From: Lingula anatina
Taxonomy: Eukaryota; Animalia; Brachiopoda
NCBI GenBank assembly: GCA_051362555.1
Contig: CM120646.1
Coordinates: forward strand, 3,286,001-3,350,000
DNA: 64,000 nucleotides
Reading direction: 5' to 3'
Made by a program: the position numbers and the translations under genes
Shown here: piece by piece, positions 1 to 12,376 of the stretch
How the letters are laid out: the number at the start of each line of letters is the position of its first letter
How positions within the stretch are numbered: the first letter of the stretch is position 1
The notes under the pieces: generated by a model
Seen by the model: the letters and a program-made list of their open reading frames with translations, nothing else
The model's database searches: none
What the model was told of the DNA's origin: nothing

Positions 1-2230
1 AGAAATAAGTTAAGAATTAATATGTCAGTAAAGCATTACAGTTTACAGACAGTTTTTATTTTCTATCTATGTCACTGGGCCTGATGTAGTGATATGATTA
101 TACGAAGGGTCAATTTAAAAGTGACTAGAATTATGATTAATTTTTTATCAAAAATGTGGCATTAAGGGAGTTGTTAAATGAGAAAAAAAAATAGAGAAGT
201 TGAAGGAAAAAAAAAAGATCATTCCAAAATGACATGGTTCAACTTATGCCATAGAGAAGAAGCGGCAGACAGTGGGTTTTGCTGATGGCAACTATTAAAA
301 GCAGATATTTGTGAAAAGATATTGAATGAACCTGGGAGTTGCTTTAATATTATCAAAACTATATCAGGAGGATAATTTGAGCACTAGCATCGCAGTATTT
401 CCCAGGTTAACATGGGCTCCAGGGTGTAGCAGCAACCTTGGCTGTTTTACTGTACATATATATATTTAATGGTATCTGTGCACACCACTTATAAGTAAAC
501 TGTATATGTTATCTCCCAGTAGATATCATCGGACCAATCCTAACATGTAAGTGTAGTAACCTGTTAATCTGCAAGCTTCATATGACAACCATTATACATT
601 AGCCCGTTGCACAAGCTTACTTGGCATCTATGCATTAGTCCTAACACCAGTGTATATATTTCTATAGATCGTGCATTTGTGGCCACATTGCCCTGTCGCT
701 GCAATGACATACTGACCCAGTTTGGCGGTCATGACCTTGTGACCCAGTTTGAAAGTCATGACCCTGACAGGTTATGACTTGACCTTGTTATGAAGTCGTG
801 TCCTGAGCAAGTGTCATGCTACTTTTAAAAGGTAATAAGAACTGTGGAGGAAAATGTGCAAAATGTTTTAAATGAAACCAGAATGTTGTTTTAAGCCCAT
901 CAGGGCAACGTGGACATGTTGTGCTGTAGGTTTTATATATTTTATTAGTATATTCATATAGATGTAGGTTTACACATTATTTTATGTCTAGTGCGCCAAG
1001 TTAATTGCACATAAACGAATAATGAAAACGAAAGCCTACTGATATTTCTATTTATTATCATCAACTGTTTGATCCATTGTGAAACTAAGAATGAAATTAT
1101 GCTACACTTGTCTGAAAGAAGTTGAGGCATGGTTTACAGTAAGGAAAAAAAGATTAATCATGTAAAGCCATGTAAAGCAGTTAAGATTCGTATACGGCTC
1201 TGTCAGTTGTATATCATTACATTTGCTATATTAGTGTCATGTAGGTGTGCAAGATATCAATGGATTGTGATTTTATACCTTTTATTTAGTTTCTTTAATG
1301 ACACGTTTGCCGTTTTATGTGTTCAGGCACAGGCATAGAAGGCACATTCTGTTTGCTTTAAAGCCCTAAAAGTAAAAAAGATAACCACTGATGTTATGGG
1401 TTTATCAGGTCAGACAGCAATTTAAATAACTACTTTAAAATGATATTATTTTTGATTTGTACTAATTTCTCATGATGGTTATGTTGTGCTCATTCCGACT
1501 GAGTGATGTGTAATTTGATAAAATTATATGTACAAAATCAGGTCACAAATTAGACTATAAACAATCCCGCCAGAATTCTTTTCAGTGGTAACAATTGCAT
1601 TTATGGAGATCAGAAATTAGTATTACACAAAAAACTTGTCTTCATTAACAGATCCACCCCTGTCACACCGAATATGTTTGGAAAAGTGTTGTGCAAAAAG
1701 TCCAGTATTTGCTTTAAGCTGTAGTGCAAAAAATTATCAGTGTAATTTGATGTAAATGTATGTTTTGTCTTTTAGTGAATAATTTAATCTGCCGAGTAAA
1801 TTACTTGGTTACTCTGATAGTTTCTTCAATCGCCAGTTTATATAAGAGCTATAGTTCTTCAGCGTTCAATGTTTGTTCAGTCACCTGAGAAAGAGGAGAA
1901 AGCTGTTGACATGGCCTCTTCCAAAGTATTGGAGAACCATTACTCTGATATGAGCTGCTGAGTGGAGAAACTACATCCGTAATTAGATGCTTTGTCTTTA
2001 GATTCAATGCTTCATATTTCCTTTTCAATTTATCTCCCACTTGCAGGCAGCAGTTGAGATTAGAATCATTTCCTCATTTTGTAAAAATTTTGTGAGGAAA
2101 GTAAGTGAGATGCTGTTAGGTGTTCAGGTGTGAATATTGGTAAGATTCTTTTCTCAAAGCTGACCTTGTGAGAACTCTGTACTTTTTACATGCAAAATTT
2201 TATGACTAATAAACCTTTTGGATCTACGTG
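1..2230 (+). other. Probable long 3' UTR of an upstream gene outside the window
   Basis: No spliceable coding exons; AT/GT-rich; AATAAA at ~2208-2213 followed by a GT/T-rich tract (gtgttggttgttttttttt), typical of a cleavage/polyadenylation site. Confidence 0.45.
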
Positions 2231-2944
2231 TTGGTTGTTTTTTTTTTAATGGTTTAAATGTTGGGATCTTGATTTGTGTACTCATTTGGTTTTGTTTGCT
2301 TGTTATGCTTCATTTGGCATCCAGGCCAAGTGATCAACCCTCCCATCTTGCCCTTGATTCCTTGAAGTTTAGATGTATTTCTTGGAATGCGCTGTAGGCC
2401 TTAAAGGTACTAAACCAGGTATGGTTGCATTTGAATTGTTTTTAACAATATCTTGAATAATTATTTTAAAATCATATTTATTATGATTATTTTTAAATAA
2501 TTATTTAAATTTAATTATGACCACTTCAAAGAAAATGAAAAAAAAAAAGATGTCAAGGCTTCTACTAAAATGTTTAGACTGATGTATTACTCGTTTTCTG
2601 TCAAGTTTTGAAATGGGGGTGAGGGATGCAGATTCTTAAGTATCCACAGAAATTGAAAAAGGATATTAAATCCCTGAAACAGTGAATTGGATCTTTACAC
2701 TTTATAGAACTATTCCTATGTAAAGGCCAACTGAAAAGGACACCTACATAAAAAAAACTCTGAAGAAGTTTGTTACTTGGTATTCCATCCAATGAAACGA
2801 CCCAATCAGACAAACGCACAGATAAAGTACTTCAAGGTACACATTTGTTATTTATTCTTTATGAGTAGTGGCAGCTTTATACAGAATTCCAGGTATTTAC
2901 AAGGTAAGTTAAAGAGAACTGCATTGAATATAATACTGTTTTAA

Positions 2945-4650
2945 AGAATATAGCACCAAATATAATCCTGTATTTCATAGAACATAGCACCAAATATAAT
3001 CCTGTATTTTATAGAACATAGCACCAATAATATAATCCTGTATTTTATAAATATAGCACCAATAACATAATCCTGTATTTCATAGAATATAGCACCAATA
3101 ATATAATCCTGTATTTTATAGAACATAGCACCAATAATATAATCCTGTATTTTATAAAATATAGCACCAATAATATAATCCTGTATTTCATAGAACAAAG
3201 CACCAAATATAATCCTGTATTTCATAGAATATAGCACCAAATATAATCCTGTATTTCATAGAATATAGCACCAATAATTAATCCTGTATTTCATAGAACA
3301 TAACACCAATATAATCCTGTATTTCATAGAATATAGCATCAATTATAATCCTGTATTTCATAGAACATAGCACCAATAATATAATCCTGTATTTCATAGA
3401 ATATAGCACCAATTATAATCCTGTATTTCATAGAATATAGCACCAATTATTTAATCCTGTATTTTATAGAATATAGCACCAATAATATAATTCTGTATTT
3501 AATAGAATATTGCACCAATAATATAATCCTGTATTTCATAGAATATAGCACCAAATATAATCCTGTATTTCATTGAATATATAGCACCATTTATAACTGT
3601 ATTTCATAGAATATAGCACCAATAATATAATCCTGTATTTCATAGAATATTGCACCAATTTTAATCCTGTATTTCATAGAATATAGCACCAATAATATAG
3701 TCCTGTATTTCATAGAATATAGCACCAAATATAATCCTGTATTTCATAGAACCAATAATATAAACCTGTATTTCATAGAATATAGCACCAATTATTTAAT
3801 CCTGTATTTTCATAGAATATAGCACCAATAATGTCATTCTGTATTTCATAGAATATAGCACCAAATATAATCCTGTATTTCATAGAACATAGCACCAGTA
3901 ATATAATCCTGTATTTCATAGAATATAGCACCAATTTTAATCCTGTATTTCATAGAATATAGCACCAATTATTTAATCCTGTATTTTCATAGAATATAGC
4001 ACCAACACCATTCTGTATTTCATAGAATATTGCACCAATATATTATTTCATCCTGTATTTCATAGAATATAGCACCATTTATAATCCTGTATTTCATAGA
4101 ATATAGCACCAATAATATAATCCTGTATTTTATAGAACATAGCACCAATAATATAATCCTGTATTTCATAGAATAAAGCACCAATAATGTAATCCTGTAT
4201 TTCATAGAATATAGCACCATTTATAATCCTGTATTTCATAGAATATAGCACCAATAATATAATCCTGTATTTTATAGAATATAGCACCAATAATATAATC
4301 CTGTATTTCATAGAATATAGCACCATTTATAATCCTGTATTTTATAGCACCAATAATATAATCCTGTATTTCATAGAATATAGCACCATTTATAATCCTG
4401 TATTTTATAGAATATAGCACCAATTTTAATCCTGTATTTCATAGAATATAGCACCAATATAGTCCTGTATTTCATAGAATATAGCACCAAATATAATCCT
4501 GTATTTCATAGAATATACTATTATAGCACCAATTATATTATCCTGTATTTCATAAAATATAGCACCAAATGTAATCCTGTATTTAATAGAATATAGCACC
4601 AAATATAATCCTGTATTTCATAGAATATAGCACCAAATTTAATCCTGTAT
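2945..4650. repeat. Minisatellite, 32-36 bp unit (consensus GAATATAGCACCAATAATATAATCCTGTATTTCATA), roughly 45-50 copies
   Basis: Directly visible tandem array; produces the repetitive GAIFYEIQDYII / LVLYSMKYRII ORFs in the track. Confidence 0.97.
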
Positions 4651-4671
4651 TTCACAGAGTATTGCACAGGT

Positions 4672-4750
4672 GTTTGAGGTAGTTTAAGTTTGAGGTAATT
4701 GTTGTTTGAGGTAGTTAAAGTTTGAGGTAGTTTTTGTTTGAGGTAGTTGC
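4672..4750. repeat. 16-bp period tandem repeat, 5 copies of TTTGAGGTA(G/A)TT
   Basis: TGAGGTA starts at 4675, 4691, 4707, 4723, 4739. Confidence 0.9.
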
Positions 4751-5347
4751 ACAAGAAACCCAAGACAGAAAGAAACAGCTTTGATGGCACGTGTCCCTCC
4801 TCTATACAATTGCACACAGACTCCAGAGATTAGCCAATACTTGAGACCCATATCCAAAGCAAGGGCATCGAGTCACCTCATGAAAACCTCGCAGAAACCA
4901 CTTCAACTTCAAACATCGAATGAATCTAATCCTTTGGTCCAAATCTTCACCTTGTACCACGGAAGCATCCAGTAACCGCAACAACAAGGCTAGCAGAGAG
5001 GGTATTAGCTTCATGTGACATAATGACGATTATACCAACTAGTAGTTAACCCTTCTCTCTGAAGCCCCAGCGCCGGCCGCAGCCGAACAGTCTGGTTCCA
5101 TCGCTCAACGTTGTCAGATTGTATATCCTTAAGACTTCCATGGTCAGATAGACGACACTGCCGCCATCAAGAATAGAGCCCAGGCCGCTTGAGGAAGTTA
5201 AAGAACACAACATGGCGATACGCGGATCCAATTCTTTCCTCCGCACTTCGACCCACCGACATCGTCCGTATCCACGGTCTCCTTGAGGGTTCAATCAGCA
5301 ACCCAACACCGATAACTCCAGACAGAGTCTACTTGACTGGACTTCAT

Positions 5348-8300
5348 CTACTGGAATCTACTATCTTCAATCATATAGCCCATCCACGTGCCAAAGGGGC
5401 TGGACCTGTAATTTCAATAACTTGTTTTAAAATTTGAATTAAAAATACATTTTTTCATTATATGTCACATGAAAAAAGGACATACATTTGTAAGAAACAT
5501 TCTGACGTACTATAAGTTAAATGGAAATAATTTCACTTCTGCTTAATCTCTTACTTCTGTTCTTTAATAGTTTTTCGTGATTTGTCTGAGCGTTTTCAAT
5601 CACAAATCCAAGTGTGAAACATATATATATAAGAGGTGTTTTTCTTACCCTTCGGCTGCTGGTTTCATTCTTCTTATCTGTAAAATATAAATTCACAAGT
5701 TGATTTCATCTAAGAGTTAAATCTATGAATTGTGCTGATGAAAATATATGTTATAGAAAGTAACAATCCCTTAGTGTCTCTTCCTAAGGAAGAAAGGGAA
5801 ATATTGGCTCAATAGCTGACAGTGGTAATTGATAAAAAGATTTGTAAATTTATTGAATCTTTGTAACAAAAAGAACAGCAGTAAGAAACATCATTTAGTC
5901 TTTTACTTGACAATGTGTTCTATAGAAAATAAACAACACCAAAAAATAACAAAAGATGGCTTGAATTACAAAGTACCAAGAACCAAAAATTAATATATCA
6001 ATCTGACAAAATTCTTTTTTAATTGTTTCAAAACTTGGATTCCTCTGAAGAGCTATAAAATAAAGCTAGGATTTTCTCTGTCTCAGGCTATTACCTGTCT
6101 TTTGATCTCGTCTGACTTCTCTTCCATCTTGTATTCAAGTCTATCAAAGTCTCTTGCACTTCTATCCCTGTTTCTTTGAATGATGTTCAGCTGAAAATTA
6201 TCAACATATGATAAAATTAATGTCAGGCTTTTTTAAATAATTGAACAATTCTTTTTTTTTTTTCTTTGTAAAGTCATCGCTGCTTTAAAAAAATCAACAA
6301 TCCTATAAAAAAAAAAAATAAATAAATAAAACATTTATTTATATTAAATGTCTAGCTAAAATTATTCAGAAATGGCCAATTTGAAAATTCATAATTCCCA
6401 AGATTTGTTGGACGGACATGTTACAAATACCATGATTACAATTATTACCTGTTTCATAACATCATCCATTTTGTCCTGTATTTTTTCAAATTCTATTGCA
6501 CTTTTGTCCTTGCGTTTCTTGGAGATTTTCAGCTAAAAAAAAAATAGTGTCATATTACAAATCAAGGCAGCTCAATATAGTACTGATTATCAATTCATCA
6601 TTATAATTTATCATTGTGAACAATTAATCACCACAAAAAAACTTTACTGATTTTAACTCACTCCTTTCAAGTGTATATTGAAAATCCTACTTTATTCCCT
6701 CCATAATCTATTCAGCTAGACTGTCAACTAACAAAACAAACTTGAAGCAAAAACATCAACTCCATTGCGGAGTCATTATGAATAAAACCTCATAAAATCT
6801 TATAATTAAATCATTAACCTTTTACTGTTTCAAAGCAATTTCATTTGTATTTTTCTTTCAAAAATCTAGACTAAAAATGTTGACCTTTCAAATATTTTGT
6901 CAGTAGTTTTTTCTCTTCTTTTTCTCTTAAAATAAAACTTTCGTATCTAAGAAGCAAATGTGAAAAGAAAACAAAGAGAAGGGTTTATCAATACACCTAC
7001 CTGTTTTTTAATCTCCTCCATCTTCTCATCATATTCCTCCAATTTTTCCCTGAGTTGTTCTAAATCTTTTGCAGTTTTGTCCTTATTCTTTTTCATCTAA
7101 AAAAACAAAAGAAAATTATCTGAAAATCTAAATTACTTTGTAAGTATCTTAGAGAATGGGTCATAAAAATGAACATGAATATTTTTATTTTCAATCAGCT
7201 TACTGTTAAAGTTGTGAAAAATTAGTATCATCCATGGTTATCAGAACTGAATACTCGTACTCACCTGTTTTCTGATGTAATCCACTTTTTCATTGGTCTC
7301 ATCAATTTTCTCCGAAAGATCTTCAATTTCTATTGCACTTTTGTCATAGCACCTTTTGGATTTTTTCACCTGAAAATTTACATCGAATCATTTAATGACC
7401 ACAGGATCATCTGACAGAAAAATCATTATTCACAGCATTTTCATTCATGTTTTTTTGAGTCAACTTGGCACAGAAATTGTGCAATAAAACATTTCCATTC
7501 ATAAACCGTCACAAGAAAATACAAAGCAACCATTCAAAAATCTTATCTTCTAAGATATTGTACTTTGTTATCCCTATTTGTATTCATATATTTGACATAT
7601 TGGCAAATGTACAGAATAAAACCAATTTTTTTATCGCCCAAATAATAATATTCTAATAAAATTTCATGCTTACTATCACAGGTCTCTGCAGATCGTCTAT
7701 TTTTTCATCCATATCATCCACCTTGTCCCTGAGTTTTTGTAATTCTACTGTATTTCTGTCCCTGAGTTTTACCTGAGAATTTAATTTACAGAACTAAAAA
7801 TTCAGTAGACAAATGATCTCATGATATCTCTCACTGACAACAATTTTATCAAAAAAAATTCTCCTTACCAAAATATTAATTTGTTGGCATGCCTAAAACA
7901 AAAATAGAAGGCTAGCCAGGCTAAAAACATTTCTTTGATAATAACCAAGTGATATCTAAATTTGAAAAAAAAAAAAATAGTGATAAATATTGGGTTGCAA
8001 TTTGAGATTGAATAACATACCTGAGATTTCAACCCGTAATCTTCCACGTCTGAGTCTTCCTTAATGCCAGAGTTCTGTAAACAAGAACATACCATGTCCT
8101 GATTCTGTTCTAATTTTACAAAATTAACAGAAAAGCTACAACAACTTAAAACAACTGTATGAAATATTTACATTTTAATCATAATTGCTTTTGATATGTC
8201 TATAATTATTGTTTTTGCTGATTGTCTCTTCTTGTAGGGGGTGTTCACAATTAACTTTAATGAACTAAATCTTACTAAGCAGAGCAATCTGGAACCTTTA

Positions 8301-11024
8301 TACTTTCCTTTGAGGGCGACTGAATCCACACTTTAATCACCCCTATAGCTGCTCATAAAAATATATCATTAAGTTAAACTGATTGCATTCAGCGAATCCC
8401 AACAGAAATGATCTATCAATTACAATAGTTTCAATGTGAATGCAGCCTAAGATGAACATTGGTTTTTGATGACTTGAGAATGTTCAGAGTTCCTGTTACC
8501 TGTGTCTTGATGTCATCCATTCTTCCCTTGAGCTGATCCATCTCTCTGTCTCTGGCCTTTTTAAGAGTCTTCATCTGAATCCACAAACATATCACATTAC
8601 AAAAAGACATCTGCAGTTTTACATCTGGGCCTATTTCTCATAAATAAGTTCACAATGAAAAAGTCTCAAAATCTCACACATATATATATTTCTTACTGTT
8701 CTATCATATAATTTTTACTGTCTTCCTGGTCAATCAATCAATCAATAAATTAATCAATTTCCCTATTACCCACTTTTACACCAGTCAGTAGTAAAATAAT
8801 CCTCTCACCTGACTCTTGATCAGCTCCATTTCTCTGTCGACCACTTCGTTCAGTTCTTCTTTTGCTTCTTTCAAGTTAGTGATCTAAAAACATTTTAAAA
8901 CAGATTTTGTAGGAACTACATCACCATTTAAAATTATCTAGTCAGCATGTGATAGCTGAAGTTCAATAAGTTATAAAATACATGAGGATAGTATCTTTAC
9001 GGGTTATGTTTTAATTAGCAAGAAGCTACTGTGGGAATTGAAATTCAATTGATTCAATTGATTCCTAATTACTTAATAATCAATTCATAATGCTACTAGT
9101 ACATGTACCTGTTTTTTGTTCTCCTCCACTTTGATCTTCAGCTGTTCAAACTCTTCATCGTTGTTCCTTCCAACATTCATCATCTAAAGACAAATTGGAT
9201 ACAACAAATTAAAATAGGGTAATGAGTGACACATACTATAATTTCATTTTATTTGCTATCCCATCATCCTGATTTTTCTACAAATACAAACCCGTTTTAC
9301 AAAAATGTGAAAAATTCTGAAGTCTAAATGAAACAAAATTAAATAAAAAAGTATGAAAATGACATGAAGCAAATAAGAATAAAATGAAAAGAAAAAAAAA
9401 TGTCACTTACCTGATTTTTCAGCTGATCCTTTCCCAGTTTGGGATATTCTGATTTCTTCTCTTCTTGCAAGTCAGTGACCTGTGAATGAAAATATATTGT
9501 TATCAAAAACTTCAGTTTTTCAGAATTTATAAACCTGACATGCAATGGCTTAAATGATTCTTCTAAAAATGAAGATTTTCAAACCACATATGTTCCTAAC
9601 TGATTAAAGCTATGACCTACACTTAACTTCAGTATCATGCAGTAGTGTCTGGGAAAATTGTGGCCTTTTAGAATTAATTAATTTATAAAAATGTTAAAAA
9701 AATCAAAAGTAATCACTACCTGAACATTTATCTCATCCAACTTGACCTTCAGTTGTTCAAATTCAGTGTACTTGATCTTCTGCACACTCTTGAGCTGTAA
9801 ATACAAATTCAACTTCTTCTTAATAAAATAATCATAAACACCCAACACAAAAAGCACACTGAAAAGTGAAAAAGTAGTCTAAAACATTAAATTTCATCTC
9901 TTTTATTCTACAACCAAATGGATATCAAAAAGATGTACTTTACCTGACTTTTGATTTGATGTATTTCTTGCTCCACCATTTCGTTGGATTCCTCTCTTAC
10001 CTCTTTCAAATCATTGATCTGTAAATAAGCATAAATTTTAAAAAGAAATGACTTTTTAATTACCAATCAAGCGATCAAAGATCCTGGTTAAAATAAAAAT
10101 ACTTGACACCAATTCCTTTTAAATGTGTCCGTCATTTGCCTTTAAATTGTTTTCATAACTCAAATCAAAACCTTGCTAAACATCTTTAAAATTATGGAGT
10201 TTTTGCCCAAACCTCCCAGAAATATTTACCTCTCTTTTTATGTCCTCAATTTTATTCTTGAGCTGATCTAAATCACCATCCTTGTTCTTGTGAGTGTTTT
10301 TCATCTAAAATTATAATAAAACACAATAAAATGATAGCTATCATGTGCAACCTTATTCCACACTTAAACTATGCCATAAATTGTTTCACTGTGCAAAGGC
10401 CTTTTTTTTTTTGTCTTTTTTTTATTGTTTTTAACAAAACAATTACATTTTCTATTCCCCTTTTCTTCTTACAATTCCCCATATACAGCCATCAAAACAC
10501 CATTACCTGACTTTTAATCAGCTCAATTTCCTTCTCCAAGATGTGCTCAGATTCTTCCTTTGCCTCTTTGATCTCATTCATCTGGAAATTAAAACATATT
10601 GTCTTATTTACATAACATTATTTTTTTCTATTTTTTTTTTTTTAGTTCTGAAAAAAATATGCAACGCCCCCAGAAAATTTGAGTGAACTACAAAAGAGAA
10701 CTGGGCTCATTCATTATTATCAGTTTGAAATCAAATAGCTCCTGCCTAGAAGTAATTAACATAATTTCTGTGACTAAGAAATTACCTGAGCTTTAATTTC
10801 ATCCACTTTAGCCTTCAGTTGATCCAAGGCTTTGTTGCTATGTTTCTGGAGGCTTTTCATCTGAAAATTCATTGTTACATCTGAATAATAGCAACTAAGA
10901 GTTGTGAAATAACTTCAAAATCCTAACAAATCTAATCTGTACAATGATGACATTTTTTTTTTCTGACTACCAAATTCTCTTATAACTAACAATAAAAAAT
11001 GACCTGAGAGAGAGAGGGAAAGGG

Positions 11025-11057
<33 letters not shown>

Positions 11058-12337
11058 AGAAGGGAGAGAAATCAATGCAAGAAGTGAACTTACCTGACTT
11101 TTCATCTGACCTTTCTGTTTGGTGTCAGCAGATTCCAGCCAGGCTTCTTTAACGTCAGTGTCCATCTGTAAATATCAACAATATCTCGGTATAAGAACCA
11201 TTTTTTAAATCAAAACATGACTTTAGAATAGTATCATATTTAGCACATTCAGCAAAAAACAAAACTTTTACGCCAATTTGCTCTTTATGTGTAGAATTTT
11301 ACATCTGCCTCATCATTTTGCTAATATGATGCACTGAAAATATTATTCTTGCACAATTAAACAAATGATATGTAAACTAGGTACCTGTCTTTTGAGTTCT
11401 TCCACTTGTGCCTTCAGCTGTTCTATCTCTTTGTTGTTGTTGGTCTTTTTAGCACCCTTTTTCTGAAATTAATGAAAGCATTTCATTACAAAATCATAGC
11501 TTGAGTGTATCATATCACAATAACCTAAAAATATAACAAAAGTGCCTCTTATTTAATCATTTTGTCTTTTTAACTCTACCATTTTGTTAACTTATGTCAG
11601 CCCAAATGAATTCTTACTATGTCCCATCCAATGGAACATGAAAACACATATCCCACCCAATAACATTATTAGTCCATACATTCTCTTACCTGATTTTTCA
11701 TCTGGTACAATTCTCTTTCTACCTCCAATTCATCTCTTTCATCCTTCAAGTCTGTGACCTAAAACATAAGAGCAAAATTTTGGAAATTTGTCTGATTGAT
11801 ATTCACATGCTACAATCATTTGGAAATTAGGCATTTAAATAAGTTTTGGTTAACACAAATGTGTTCGATTTTTTCTTTTGAAGTGAAAATTTTTTTTGGC
11901 CTCGATATTTAAGAAAGTGGCATGCTAATGCAGTTACCTCTGCTTTGATTTCATCCACAGTGGTCATCAGTTGTGCCAGATCAGTCTTAGTCTGCTGAAC
12001 AGTTTTCATCTAAAAAATTCCAAGAATTTATTATCTTACATATCACGTAATCCCCCAAAATGTTCTTATTAATATCAACAGCATTTTTATCTGACAGATA
12101 TCTACAAATGCACACTTTCATGAGTCAAGGGCATTTCTTTTACGCCACCCTCCTTACTCTTATATAAACAGTAAAAGTAAGCAACCAAATCCTTATCTGT
12201 TTTTATGCACATTTATATAAAATAGTAAACGGTGATTGCCTCTACCTGACTTTTGAATTGGTACAGTTCTCTTTCAAGCATGAGGTCTATTTCAAATTTG
12301 GCTTCTTTCAAGTCAGCAATCTTCAAAAAAAAAAACA

Positions 12338-12376
<39 letters not shown>

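Noticed and set aside
4675-4750. let-7-like miRNA gene on the + strand
   Set aside because: Only the first ~9 nt match let-7 and there is no complementary arm for a precursor hairpin; treated as target sites instead.
2941-4817. Repetitive ORFs and CRISPR-like look of the 32-36 bp array
   Set aside because: Units are contiguous with no unique spacers, the context is eukaryotic with no cas genes, and ORFs break at every indel.
4781-5437. Short ORFs in the GC-richer stretch after the CEP164-like stop
   Set aside because: No recognisable motifs or consistent splice phases; probably 3' UTR.
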